A stretch of 64,000 nucleotides of DNA from an uncultured Planctomycetia bacterium (GTDB lineage: Bacteria; Planctomycetota; UBA8108): contig CAZTRG010000149.1 of assembly GCA_964615885.1 (NCBI GenBank), forward strand, positions 2,903 to 66,902, given 5' to 3'. Each line of letters starts with the position of its first letter. Positions within the stretch are counted from its first letter, which is position 1. Positions 47,306 to 57,245 of this stretch are shown here, piece after piece. The notes below the pieces were generated by a model that ran no database searches, was not told the origin of the DNA, and saw only the letters and a program-made list of their open reading frames with translations. A program made the position numbers and the translations under genes.

Positions 47306-49012
47306 TCAGGATTCCGGCCCGGCATCGGCTTTCTCGATGCGGGTGAGACGCTTGACGACCGGGAATCGCCTCCCCGGCCCGAAGGCCTTCGAGGTGATCC
47401 GCAGGCCCGGCGCCGCCTGCAGGCGTTTGTATTCGTTACGGTCGACCAGGCCCAGGATCCGGGCGGCCGTTTCCTCTTCAAAGCCACTCTCAATAATGTC
47501 GCCCAGCCCCTGCCCTTCCTCAATATAGGCCTCAAGAATCCCATCGAGAACATCGTAGGCCGGCAGGGAGTCGGTATCTTTCTGGTCCGGCCGCAGCTCT
47601 GCAGAAGGCGGCTTCTCGATGATGGCAGGCGGGATGATTTCGCCATCACGGTTGAGCCATTCTGCGATCCGGTAGACCAGGGTCTTCGGAACATCCGAAA
47701 TGACCGCCAGGCCCCCGGACATATCCCCGTAGAGTGTGCAATAACCAACCGCCAGCTCTGATTTATTTCCGGTTGTCAGCAGCAGGGCATCCAGCTTGTT
47801 CGACAGGGCCATCAGCAGGAGCCCGCGAATACGTGCCTGGAGGTTTTCCTCGGTAACGTCCTCTTCAAGCCCCTCGAAAACCGGCGCAAGGGTGTCGAGG
47901 GCCGAGGAAAAGATCTTCTCGATCGGGATCTCTTCGAGAGTGATCCCCAGGTTGCCGGCCAGGGCCACCGAATCACTGACGCTCCCCTCGGATGAATACC
48001 GCGAAGGCATGGTTACCCCGACCAGGTTTTCCGGCCCGAGAGCCTCGGCCGCCACCGCGGCTGTCAGGGCGGAGTCGATCCCCCCGCTGAGACCGAGCAC
48101 CGCTTTTTTGAAGCCGCTCTTGTGAAGATAGTCCCTCGTGCCGAGCACCAGGGCACCGAAGGCCTGCTCAAGGTCCTCTTCACCGGGCTCGCCCTCTGCT
48201 GGCCTCACTGGAGCCGGCCCGGCAGGCTCCCTGTTCCCGGTGGCCGGCGGCAGCTCGAAAACAGCGAGGTCTTCCTGGAAAGACCTTGCCCCGCAGAGCA
48301 GCTCCAGGTTCGAGTCCATAGCGAGACTCGACCCGTCAAAGACCAGCGAGGTGTTGCCTCCTACCAGGTTGCAGTAGATGAGGTCGACACCCCTGGCCTT
48401 GACGATCTCCTCGAGCAAGCCCCGGCGAAAGCGGGGTCTTCCGAGGCTGAAGGGCGAGGCCGATATGGCAACGACCAGGTCGGCCCCGCCATCGGCTGTC
48501 CACTTTTCCAGCGGGTCAATGTCGTACCTGTTCTCACCGCAGAACCCCGGAAGATTCCACAGGTCTTCACAGATCGCCAGGGCCAGCTTCCTGCCCCCCA
48601 GCTCGAAAACCGGGTGCTCAGTGGCCGGGCAGAAATACCTCGCCTCATCAAAAACATCATAGGTAGGCAGAAGGGTCTTGTGCTGAAAGCCCAGCACCTC
48701 CCTGTCCTTCACCAGCGCAGCGCTGTTGTAGATCGGCTTGCCTTCCGGGTTCCCGGTTCGCACCACCGTTCCCAGCACCATCGCGATCCCCTCGCAGGCC
48801 GCCACGGCCTCCTCGAAGGCCGCCTCCACCTCGTCGACAAAATCCTCACGCTCCAGCAGATCCTCGGCCGGATAGCCCGGAAGGGTCTGCTCAGGAAAGA
48901 CCACCAGGTCAGCACCCTCGTCTCTTGCACGCCCTAGGGCAGACAGAACCCCGGCCAGGTTACCCCGGCAATCACCAACAACCGTATTGAGCTGGGCGAG
49001 CGCGATCTTCAC
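47306..49012 (-). CDS. nadE: Glutamine-dependent NAD+ synthetase
   Basis: N-terminal CN-hydrolase domain (LVVFPE, AICEDLW) plus C-terminal NAD synthetase domain with the PP-loop GLSGGIDSALTAAVA. Confidence 0.9.
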   Translation of the reverse strand: MKIALAQLNTVVGDCRGNLAGVLSALGRARDEGADLVVFPEQTLPGYPAEDLLEREDFVDEVEAAFEEAVAACEGIAMVLGTVVRTGNPEGKPIYNSAALVKDREVLGFQHKTLLPTYDVFDEARYFCPATEHPVFELGGRKLALAICEDLWNLPGFCGENRYDIDPLEKWTADGGADLVVAISASPFSLGRPRFRRGLLEEIVKARGVDLIYCNLVGGNTSLVFDGSSLAMDSNLELLCGARSFQEDLAVFELPPATGNREPAGPAPVRPAEGEPGEEDLEQAFGALVLGTRDYLHKSGFKKAVLGLSGGIDSALTAAVAAEALGPENLVGVTMPSRYSSEGSVSDSVALAGNLGITLEEIPIEKIFSSALDTLAPVFEGLEEDVTEENLQARIRGLLLMALSNKLDALLLTTGNKSELAVGYCTLYGDMSGGLAVISDVPKTLVYRIAEWLNRDGEIIPPAIIEKPPSAELRPDQKDTDSLPAYDVLDGILEAYIEEGQGLGDIIESGFEEETAARILGLVDRNEYKRLQAAPGLRITSKAFGPGRRFPVVKRLTRIEKADAGPES

Positions 49013-50334
49013 TTTTCAAATAACCTCTCATGCAGGACCCGCACGACCTCTCCCCCATGGCCGGCGCCGACGAGAAAGCTGAGATTGATCCGTGTCGCTC
49101 CGAATGAAATCAGCTCGATGTTGATCTCGAGGTCACGCAGAACTGCGAACACTTCCTCGGCGAAGCCGATTCGCTCCCTGATCTCTTCACCCACAACACT
49201 GACCTGCTCCATGTCATGATAGACCTCCACCTGCGAAAATTTCTCCAGCTCGGAGATGACCGAGTCGAGATGATCTCCCCGCTGGGTTGTGAAGGCGATA
49301 CTGATCTCGGAGGTGGCAATCATATCCACGATAACCTCGTGAATCTTGAACACCTCGGCAACCCTGGCAAGGAAGCCGTACTGGTCGAGCATCCGCGGAG
49401 CCACCACGTTGACCACGCTGACGTGGGACTTGCTGGTGATGGATTTAATTCCGTGCTCGTCTTCACCCAGGTTGCCGAGAATGATCGTGCCGGGAAAATC
49501 GGGGCGGTGGGTGTTGAGAACCCGGATCGGGATATTTCCGTCAACGGCTGGAATCATGGTGGCCGGGTGAATCACCCTCGCCCCGTAAAAGGCGAGCTCA
49601 GCGGCCTCCTCGAAGGAGAGAGTCTTGAGAGGACTTGCAGCTGGAACCAGCCGCGGATCGGCGGTCATGACGCCATCCACATCCGTCCAGATCTGGATTT
49701 CCTCAGCCCCGAGAGCAGAACCGAAGATCGATGCCGAGTAATCGCTGCCCCCGCGACCCAGGGTGGTGATGTTGCCCTCCTCATCGCGGGCGATATAGCC
49801 TGTTGCAACAACCACTCCCTCGAACTGTTTACACGCCTCCTGGATCCGGCTGTTCACATCATCGAGAGGACGGGCTCTCTGGTGGCGGCCATCGGTCACC
49901 ATGCCCGCATCGAAGGCATCAACGGACTGGGAGGTGAGGCCTTCGGCCTGCAGATGGGCAGCAACAATCGGGGCCGACATTCTCTCGCCGAAGGAGACCA
50001 GGTGGTCAAGCGATTTGGCGGAACATTCGCCGGCGCCGGACAGCTCTTCAAGAAGCGTATTCAGCTCGCCAAGCAAGCCATCGACAAGCCCTGTATCGAG
50101 CCCAAGCTCCGAGAGAATATCCCGGTGGATTGAACAGAGCGCTTCAAAAGACTCTTCCCACTGCTGCCCCCCCAGGGAAAGGTCCCTGAGCTCGAATAAT
50201 CTGTCGGTGACCCCACCGACGGCTGAAACCACCACGAATGGCTCCCTGTCGAGACAGGAACTGATGATGGATCCCACCCGCCTGATCGCATCTGCATTAC
50301 CAACTGATGTCCCGCCAAACTTCAAAACGATCAC
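49009..50334 (-). CDS. lysC: Aspartate kinase
   Basis: MIVLKFGGTSVGNADAIRRV N-terminus. ACT domains at the C-terminus. 4-nt overlap with nadE. Confidence 0.9.
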   Translation of the reverse strand: MIVLKFGGTSVGNADAIRRVGSIISSCLDREPFVVVSAVGGVTDRLFELRDLSLGGQQWEESFEALCSIHRDILSELGLDTGLVDGLLGELNTLLEELSGAGECSAKSLDHLVSFGERMSAPIVAAHLQAEGLTSQSVDAFDAGMVTDGRHQRARPLDDVNSRIQEACKQFEGVVVATGYIARDEEGNITTLGRGGSDYSASIFGSALGAEEIQIWTDVDGVMTADPRLVPAASPLKTLSFEEAAELAFYGARVIHPATMIPAVDGNIPIRVLNTHRPDFPGTIILGNLGEDEHGIKSITSKSHVSVVNVVAPRMLDQYGFLARVAEVFKIHEVIVDMIATSEISIAFTTQRGDHLDSVISELEKFSQVEVYHDMEQVSVVGEEIRERIGFAEEVFAVLRDLEINIELISFGATRINLSFLVGAGHGGEVVRVLHERLFEK

Positions 50335-50499
50335 TGCAACTCAACCTCTCTGAAAATCTCTCTGGTGTACCCCCGGGGGGTACCGGAAAAAGTATAGAAT
50401 CCGCTTTTCTATCCCGAGTTACCCTTGTCTTGCAATCACCGGAAAAGAAAATCTGGATACTTGCCGGGGGGATTTATTCTCGAAGGGCTCCAACCGGGC

Positions 50500-51561
50500 T
50501 CATTCTGCGCTGCCGGGTATCTCCGTGAGCTCAGCAGGCTCACCGCCCTCGAGTTGTAAACTTTTGCTATTAAAGAATTTGCGGTGAATTATTGCAAGTG
50601 CAAGAGGCATCGAGCGGGCAAATGAGTAACACACCGTCCCAACTCGCCCCGCTTCGGCTGAATCGGAAGTAACAAGGCTTCCTGGAACAATCTCGCTGCT
50701 GCCGGGGCTGGAAAGGTGGAAGAGCTTTCGATTTGCCTGGCCGTAGGTCCTCATCCGCGCCACCACCTCCTGCCCGACATAGCACTTATCGTAGCTGAGC
50801 CGTTCCCCTTCATTCACCTCGGCAGGAAAATACTCGTCATCATAATCCCTTCCACAGCTGGCAATTCCCGCCTCGATGCGGGCGGACTCCGCAGCTTCCC
50901 AGCCCACACGAAGTCCTGCTGCCTCCTCAACAAGCGCCCGCAGCTGCCGCCAGGATGCAGCAAGTGCGTCCGGGGGGATCCAGAGTTCATAATGCCCCGC
51001 CTGCGCTGCACCGGCACAGTCGACCGGGGCTCCCTGGAGCTGGAAGGAGTTCACCTCGAAGGCGCCCGGAAGAGATGCTGAGCCCGCAGCCTCCAGCACC
51101 CCGGCGGCGGCAGGGCCGCGCAAGGTGAGGAGGGAGACCTCGGAGGTCACATCCTTGACCTCGACCTCGCTGAGGAAAGCATACTTGCGGAGGCTTTCCA
51201 GGAGCGCCCCGCGAACCGGTTCACCCAGGACTGCACGAAAATGTGAAGCCCCCAGGCGGTAGAGGGTGAAGGAGCCGAGCAGGCGTCCTTTTGCCGACAG
51301 CAGGCAGGAATTCTGTCCACTGCCATCTGCAAGCTGGAGCAGAGGGGAAGAAACCACCTTGTCGAGAAAGGCTGCGACCTCCTCCCCGGTAAAATCAATC
51401 ACGCCCCGGTAGCTCTCATCCAGCAGCCCAACCGCCTCCTGCAGTGCTGCGTGTTCCCTGCGCGGCTCCTCGCAGTAGCTGCCGGGCAGCTCGATTCCCC
51501 AGGCCTCTGAAAAAGCCAGGGCCTCCTCGCTATGGAGCTCGCCCAGGATCAGCTTCTTCAT
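50500..51561 (-). CDS. GcvT-like folate-binding protein (YgfZ family)
   Basis: Aminomethyltransferase folate-binding-domain-like sequence, 353 aa. 4-nt overlap with the downstream radical-SAM gene. Confidence 0.6.
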   Translation of the reverse strand: MKKLILGELHSEEALAFSEAWGIELPGSYCEEPRREHAALQEAVGLLDESYRGVIDFTGEEVAAFLDKVVSSPLLQLADGSGQNSCLLSAKGRLLGSFTLYRLGASHFRAVLGEPVRGALLESLRKYAFLSEVEVKDVTSEVSLLTLRGPAAAGVLEAAGSASLPGAFEVNSFQLQGAPVDCAGAAQAGHYELWIPPDALAASWRQLRALVEEAAGLRVGWEAAESARIEAGIASCGRDYDDEYFPAEVNEGERLSYDKCYVGQEVVARMRTYGQANRKLFHLSSPGSSEIVPGSLVTSDSAEAGRVGTVCYSFARSMPLALAIIHRKFFNSKSLQLEGGEPAELTEIPGSAE

Positions 51562-52697
51562 GGCAGGGTCGCGGCATCTTCGAGCCGGCGGTAGGCTGCG
51601 TTCCTGAGAACGGGCGTGAAGCCTGCCTCCGTGATCGCCCCTCGCAGTATTTCCCCGGTGGCCTCATGGTTCGCCCCGGCGGGCTTGATCACATTCTCCT
51701 CGATCATCACCGAACCCATATCGTTGGCGCCGCAGCGAAGGGCCTGCTTTCCGACCTCGACTCCCTGCGTCAACCAGGAGACCTGCAGATTATCGATGTT
51801 GTCGAGATAGATCCGGCTGAGGGCCAGCCAGCGAAGGTACTCTGCAGATTCCATCCGCTCAGGGTAAATACGTCCCAGGGGTGTATTGTCGGGCTGAAAA
51901 TTCCACAGGATGAAAGAAACGAATCCACCGGTACGGTCCTGGAGCTGGCGGATCTTTTCAAGATGCTGCAGTCGATGCGACAAATCCTCCCCATGGCCGA
52001 ACATCATCGTCGCAGTGGTCGGCAGGCCGACCTCCTGGGCCGTTTCCATGATATCGAGCCACTCCTTTGAGTTGACCTTTGAGCGGCGCTTGGAGCGCAC
52101 CTCGTCAACGAGGATCTCCCCCCCGCCACCGGGCATGGAGTCCATCCCCGAATCCTTGAGAGTTGACAGGATCTCACGGGCACTGAGGCCGCTGACCTCC
52201 TGGAGGCCGAGGATTTCGGTCGGAGAGAGGCAATGCAGGTGAATGCCGTAGCGGCTCTTCAGCTCGCTGAAGAGCTCCGTATACCAGTCGAGCTGCAGAT
52301 CAGGATGGAGGCCGCCCTGGAAAAGAATCCCGCTGCCGCCGAGCTCGATGGTCTCCTCGACCTTGCTGAAGATCTCTTCATGAGAGAGGACATAGCCTCC
52401 TTCCTGGCCGGGAGAGACGTAGAAGGCGCAGAAGTTGCAAATCGAGGTGCAGACATTGGTATAGCTGATGTTGCGATCGATGATGTAGGTAACGACATCA
52501 TCGGGATGGAGCTCAATACGGCGGCGGTCGGCGAGGGCCAGGAGCTCTTCGTCCGGCACCCTGAGCTCCTGCATGCCATCATCCCCGGAGGGCAGAAGCT
52601 GGCTCCATTCATCCAGGGAGAGCCTGCGCTCGCCAATCTCCTTCCGGAGCTTCTCGATGAGGGCCCCGTCTTTTTCCTGTTTTCCGGCAGCCTGCAT
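51558..52697 (-). CDS. mqnC: Radical SAM menaquinone-biosynthesis enzyme of the futalosine pathway (MqnC-like; MqnE not excluded)
   Basis: [20 protein letters not shown] cysteine triad of the CofG/CofH/MqnC/MqnE family. 379 aa. Confidence 0.7.
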   Translation of the reverse strand: MQAAGKQEKDGALIEKLRKEIGERRLSLDEWSQLLPSGDDGMQELRVPDEELLALADRRRIELHPDDVVTYIIDRNISYTNVCTSICNFCAFYVSPGQEGGYVLSHEEIFSKVEETIELGGSGILFQGGLHPDLQLDWYTELFSELKSRYGIHLHCLSPTEILGLQEVSGLSAREILSTLKDSGMDSMPGGGGEILVDEVRSKRRSKVNSKEWLDIMETAQEVGLPTTATMMFGHGEDLSHRLQHLEKIRQLQDRTGGFVSFILWNFQPDNTPLGRIYPERMESAEYLRWLALSRIYLDNIDNLQVSWLTQGVEVGKQALRCGANDMGSVMIEENVIKPAGANHEATGEILRGAITEAGFTPVLRNAAYRRLEDAATLP

Positions 52698-52792
52698 GAC
52701 GCGGTTCCTTAATTCACACTCAACCCGATTATCTTATCCACTGCCGCACGGCTAGACAAGCAGCGGTGGAACAACCCGCGAAACGGAATGGG

Positions 52793-52838
52793 AAAAAGAA
52801 AAGAGGTCCGGAAACCGATTCGGTATCCGGACCTCTTC
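52793..52838 (-). terminator. Rho-independent terminator downstream of the PPIase gene (minus strand)
   Basis: A-run 52793-52802 on the plus strand (U-run on the transcript), stem AAGAGGTCCGG (52801-52811) / CCGGACCTCTT (52827-52837). Confidence 0.7.
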
Positions 52839-52861
52839 CAGCCACCAGCTCAGCCGGGCTG

Positions 52862-55225
52862 TTATTTTTTTGCCTTGTTGAAATTGGTGTAGCCGTGGGA
52901 CCTCTTCTTGAGGACCTTGACCGACTCCAGGGTGTCACCCTTGGCCAGCTTGTCGAGAACATCGAGGCCCTTGGTGATCTTACCGAGGACTGAGAATTGA
53001 TAGTTCACGTCAAAGTAGGGAATATCCTGGGTACAGATGAAGAACTGGCTGCCTGCAGTGTTGGGAATATAGGTGTCCGTTTCGGCATCATATTCCTTCA
53101 ACATCACGAGTGAACCCCGCTCACACTTCAGATCGTTCGGTTCCTCATCCATGATCTTGTAACCTGGATTTCCATCCGGGTCGTTGGTCGGACTCCCGGT
53201 TACGAGGAAGAGCATCTTGCCATCCTGCTCATAGGTTTCATAGAAGGTCATCTTTGCATCGCCCGGCCCATCTGAGAAGAAGCCCTTCTCCGCCAGGGTG
53301 ATAAAGGAGCCTACGGCATTGATGGACTTGTTCTCAAAGAGAGTTACGCTCAGGTCTCCCTTGGAGGTGGTGATCAGCACCTCGGGTTCCCCGGTGGTGA
53401 TTCCCTCAGGAGTTGCCGGGGTAACAGCAGGCGGAGCCAGCGCCACATCCGGTGACTCACCATTGTATTCAGCCTCGGTGAGAATAACGACGCTGGCAAA
53501 GCCCGTTTGTCCAGTGAGCTCCCCGATACGATCGAGGCCCTCAACAACCTTACCGATCGGAATATGCTCAGAATCCCATTCGGGGTGATCTTTAAGCGAA
53601 ACAAAGAAGATGCTCCCGACCTCCCCACCCCTGGCCTTGCCGGTCCTGGGAGAAACCCTGGTAACAAAAGAAACTGTTCCAGCGGTGTGCTTCACCTCGT
53701 CGTCGTTCTTCAGACCTGAGCGCGTCTGGGGAGGTACCCCCATTCCGTTGCGGGTCGGGCAGCCGCCAAGGGCGTAATTGCCCTTCTGGACATCGTAGAA
53801 GTTCAGGCGGTCGTAGAACCCCTCGTTGGCCAGCTCGACAAATTGCTGCAGTGCCACCAGGTTCCCGCCGCGCGGCTTGCTGGCGGAGAGCTCAAACACA
53901 ATCGGGTCACCCCCGGTGTTGAAATCAACCCGGGCGTAGTACTTGGTATCAGCCGCCGGAGAATCAAAGACGGAAAATTCAAAGCTGTTGCGGCCAAAGT
54001 TGGCGCGATTGCTCGAGCGATCCTGGAAAACCTTGCGAGTCCGCAGGTACTGCCTCGACAGGATATCAGCCCTCAGGGCACTGAAATTGGGAAGGTTCTT
54101 CACATCAGGAAAACGCGACTCAATGTTCTTGGCAAAGGTTACACCTGACCAGTTGACGGTGTAGCGTCCCGACGGCGTGAGGGTGGGAAAGTAATCATTG
54201 AGGCTGACGACCAGCCCGGTGATTTCCCAGCTTTTAAGGTCGACGAAATAACTGGCGGGCTTGGCCACCTTGACAAAATCTCCCCGCATCTGCTTGTTGT
54301 CACTCAAGCGGACAACGTCAAAACCGAGCGGCAGAAGCTGCGGAGAGGGAACCTTCGCAACTGTCCGACCCCCATTCCTGAGGGTCAGGTTCAACTCAAC
54401 GGCAGTCTCTTTGCGGAAATTGAGCTGTGCCCCACGGGACCTGAATCCGGAGAGTATGCTCTCCATCGTCAGGGTAACCGACCTCTTGGGCGAGAGAACC
54501 CGGCGCTTGGGCGGAGTTCTTACCACCGGAGCGGGCTTCGCCACCACGGGAGGCTTGGACACTGCCGGCTTGGCGGGAGTTACCGCAGGCTTGGCAGGGG
54601 TTACCGCAGGCTTGGCGGGAGTTACCGCCGGCTTGGCGGGGGTCACTGCAGGCTTCGCGGGGGTTACCGCAGGCTTCGCGGCAGCCTGGCCGGTTGCTGC
54701 AGGGGCTGGATTTTTCTTGGCTGCGGCAGCCTGCTGGGCTGCAAGCTGTGCGGCTTTCTCAACCGGATTCTGGGCAGGCGTAGCCGGCTTTGCGGCTGCT
54801 GCCGGGGCGGCATTCCTGACCTGCATCACATGGATCAGGTGCCAGCCGAAGTTGCTGATCACCGGACCGGATATTCCACCCTCTTCCAGATTGAAAGTTG
54901 CCGCACTGAAACGGGGATCGTAGCCGCTGTTCTTGCGAATGAATCCAAGATCGCCCCCCAGGCGCTTGGTGGTCGGATCCTTGGAATACTTATAGCAGGC
55001 GTCCTTGAATGCCTTCGCATCGCCCCCGGCTGCAATCACCTCTTTACGGATCTCATCGGCCTTAGCCTTGGATTCGACCAGGATATGAGACACCCTGCGC
55101 TCCTCCTGGGCAGAAAGAGAGGAACCTGCTGCCAAAAAACTGACTGCGAAAAGACTGAGCAGAAGAAAACTGCCCGAGAAAAAATGAGTGGTCTTCATAA
55201 TTACCTGTTTCCTTTGATCGGGCAA
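52862..55225 (-). CDS. Secreted multi-domain peptidyl-prolyl cis-trans isomerase: N-terminal parvulin (PpiC) domain, Pro/Ala/Thr-rich repeat linker, then two cyclophilin-like domains
   Basis: Signal peptide. PpiC region (VSHILVE...FGWHLIHV). Tandem TPAKPAV x6 linker. Cyclophilin-like blocks (HTAGTVSFV...GSIFFVSL...IGKVVEGLDRI and AGSQFFICTQD...FSVLGKITKGLDVLDKL). Confidence 0.7.
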   Translation of the reverse strand: MPDQRKQVIMKTTHFFSGSFLLLSLFAVSFLAAGSSLSAQEERRVSHILVESKAKADEIRKEVIAAGGDAKAFKDACYKYSKDPTTKRLGGDLGFIRKNSGYDPRFSAATFNLEEGGISGPVISNFGWHLIHVMQVRNAAPAAAAKPATPAQNPVEKAAQLAAQQAAAAKKNPAPAATGQAAAKPAVTPAKPAVTPAKPAVTPAKPAVTPAKPAVTPAKPAVSKPPVVAKPAPVVRTPPKRRVLSPKRSVTLTMESILSGFRSRGAQLNFRKETAVELNLTLRNGGRTVAKVPSPQLLPLGFDVVRLSDNKQMRGDFVKVAKPASYFVDLKSWEITGLVVSLNDYFPTLTPSGRYTVNWSGVTFAKNIESRFPDVKNLPNFSALRADILSRQYLRTRKVFQDRSSNRANFGRNSFEFSVFDSPAADTKYYARVDFNTGGDPIVFELSASKPRGGNLVALQQFVELANEGFYDRLNFYDVQKGNYALGGCPTRNGMGVPPQTRSGLKNDDEVKHTAGTVSFVTRVSPRTGKARGGEVGSIFFVSLKDHPEWDSEHIPIGKVVEGLDRIGELTGQTGFASVVILTEAEYNGESPDVALAPPAVTPATPEGITTGEPEVLITTSKGDLSVTLFENKSINAVGSFITLAEKGFFSDGPGDAKMTFYETYEQDGKMLFLVTGSPTNDPDGNPGYKIMDEEPNDLKCERGSLVMLKEYDAETDTYIPNTAGSQFFICTQDIPYFDVNYQFSVLGKITKGLDVLDKLAKGDTLESVKVLKKRSHGYTNFNKAKK
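54569..54690 (-). repeat. 21-bp tandem repeat array (about 6 copies) inside the PPIase gene encoding (TPAKPAV)n
   Basis: Units cttggcgggagttaccgcagg and variants starting at 54569, 54590, 54611, 54632, 54653, 54674, each with 1-4 mismatches. Confidence 0.85.
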
Positions 55226-55453
55226 AGCCGAGAAATCGCCCGGATCGTGTACCTTAAATTTTCCGCTGAACAGCCTGCCACCTTATCTCTGCGGCAGCTG
55301 AAACTCTAAAGTGTATTTTCATACGAACTTAAAACTAACGAATCGAAGATTATAACAACTTTGGCCGGAGTTTCCATAGTCGGTACCCCACAAGACGTAA
55401 GTCCCTTAAACTATTGAACAATCGTATTGTTTTTTCGGCCCTTGCACCTCTTC

Positions 55454-56950
55454 TCAGGCCCCCATCGACAGGGCCAGCTCTACCATCAGGCGCACTCCTG
55501 CGCCGCTAGCTCCCCTCGGGTTGTAGCCCAGGGGCGCCTGCCTCCAGGCTGTACCGGCGATATCAAGATGGGCCCATGGCACCCCCTTGATGAAATGTCC
55601 AAGGAATGCCCCGGCCGTTGAGGCACCCGCATCACGGCCACTGGAGTTCCTTACATCAGCCACCTTGCTCTCAACCATCCTGTAATACTCTTCGAAGAGG
55701 GGAAGCTCCCAGATTCTTTCGCCACAGTCAGCTGAGACCTTCAAGAGCTGGCGCGCAAGAGACTTGTCATTGCTCATCAAGCCGCTGGCATGCGTACCCA
55801 GGGCGATCACGCAGGCTCCCGTAAGGGTCGCCATGTCAACAACCGCATCAGGTTTGAAGCGCCGGCTGTAATGCAGGGCATCGGCCAGCAGCAGCCGGCC
55901 CTCTGCATCGGTATTGATAACCTCGATGGTCTTGCCGCTTGCCGAGCGCAGTACATCACCCGGCCGGTAAGCTGAACCGCCGAGCAGGTTCTCCGCCGAG
56001 GGTATGAGGGCAATCACCTTGATCTTCGGCTTGAGACGCACAAGTGCCTTCATGGCGCCGATCGCCGCAGCGCCGCCGGCCATGTCAAACTTCATGTCCT
56101 GCATGCCGCCGGCAGGCTTGATGGATATTCCGCCACTGTCGAAGGTGACCGCCTTGCCGACGATCACCAGGGTTTTCTCAGCCTTGCCACGGGGTGAATA
56201 CTCCAGCTGGATGAGCCGTGAGGCGCGATCGCTGCCCTGGCCGACACCCAGAATCCCGCCCATCTTCTCACGACGCAGGTCGCTCTCACCGAGCACCTTG
56301 CACTTCAGGCCGCTGGAGCGGGCCATTGACCGTGCCCTGGCCGCAAGACTGGCCGGGTAGAGATAGTTGCCCGGAGTATTGGCCAGGTCCCTGGCGAGGT
56401 TGACGCCATCAACACAGGCATCGGCCAGCTTCAAACCGGCCCGTAACTCCTTGACCACCGAATCTCCACTCTCCAGCACCAGGGTCGAGGCCGGCTTGCG
56501 GGGCTTTTTGCCACCCTTCTGCTCCTGGTAATCGTAGGCTCCAAGGCGGCAGCCCTCGACGACTGCACGAACCACATCGGCATCGCCCAGCTTCTTGATG
56601 CAGGAGCTCATCGCGCCCTGGTGAAGCGCAAGGGCCACACTCTTTCCACCGAGGCCACTGAGGCGCCTGCCGAGATTACCGAAGGCCATGCGCAGGACCT
56701 CACCAGTGAGCTTCTTACGCGGACCGAGACCCAGGAGAAACAGGGTCTTTTCACCAGTGGAGCCCGGAGCCACCTGGGGCAGGACCTCACCCTTCTTAGC
56801 GCCGAAGATACCCGGTGCAGAGGCGGTCTTAAGCACCGCGGCAACAGCCGGATCGAGGCCGGAGGTGTTCCCCTTCCCCCCTCCTTCAGAAAATACAGGA
56901 ACGACACGGGTGGCGCTGCGGCCGGCCGAAGGCTTGAGGCTTACTTTCAT
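55454..56950 (-). CDS. pepA: Leucyl aminopeptidase (M17 family)
   Basis: NTDAEGRLLLADAL M17 signature. Start chosen at ATG 56948-56950 (MKVSLKPS..., GGAG upstream). The ORF-track start 57088 is an alternative. Confidence 0.85.
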   Translation of the reverse strand: MKVSLKPSAGRSATRVVPVFSEGGGKGNTSGLDPAVAAVLKTASAPGIFGAKKGEVLPQVAPGSTGEKTLFLLGLGPRKKLTGEVLRMAFGNLGRRLSGLGGKSVALALHQGAMSSCIKKLGDADVVRAVVEGCRLGAYDYQEQKGGKKPRKPASTLVLESGDSVVKELRAGLKLADACVDGVNLARDLANTPGNYLYPASLAARARSMARSSGLKCKVLGESDLRREKMGGILGVGQGSDRASRLIQLEYSPRGKAEKTLVIVGKAVTFDSGGISIKPAGGMQDMKFDMAGGAAAIGAMKALVRLKPKIKVIALIPSAENLLGGSAYRPGDVLRSASGKTIEVINTDAEGRLLLADALHYSRRFKPDAVVDMATLTGACVIALGTHASGLMSNDKSLARQLLKVSADCGERIWELPLFEEYYRMVESKVADVRNSSGRDAGASTAGAFLGHFIKGVPWAHLDIAGTAWRQAPLGYNPRGASGAGVRLMVELALSMGA

Positions 56951-57161
56951 CTGGAAGGCTCCGATAGATCTCGATTTGGTTTCTTCAGCTGGCTGCCCGC
57001 CGGGCGTCTCACCAGGCCCGGCAGGGGCATTGGAAGCCCCAATATTACTGTAATAAACCCGCCAATTGTAATTCTCCTGCCCCTGCAATTGCCCAAGGAG
57101 ACAGAAAAAACCCTTTTAGTTCCGGTAAGACCCTTCTGGGCGGAGAAGGAGGCAGGCTGCC

Positions 57162-57195
57162 AAAGAAAAAAGCCGGGAGCCCGAAAGCTCCCGGC
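57162..57195 (-). terminator. Rho-independent terminator downstream of dnaK (minus strand)
   Basis: A-run 57162-57171, stem GCCGGGAGC (57172-57180) / GCTCCCGGC (57187-57195), loop CCGAAA. Confidence 0.75.
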
Positions 57196-57245
57196 CAGTT
57201 TGAATGTTGAATGAAAACCACTGCGAAAACAGCCTGGAGCCATTT

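Noticed and set aside
52849-52870. Small hairpin CAGCCGGGCTG followed by TTATTTTTTT on the plus strand, which looks like a plus-strand terminator.
   Set aside because: No plus-strand gene ends upstream. The T-run is the complement of the PPIase stop-codon region (TAA plus A-rich codons). The functional terminator for the minus-strand gene is the 52793-52838 hairpin.
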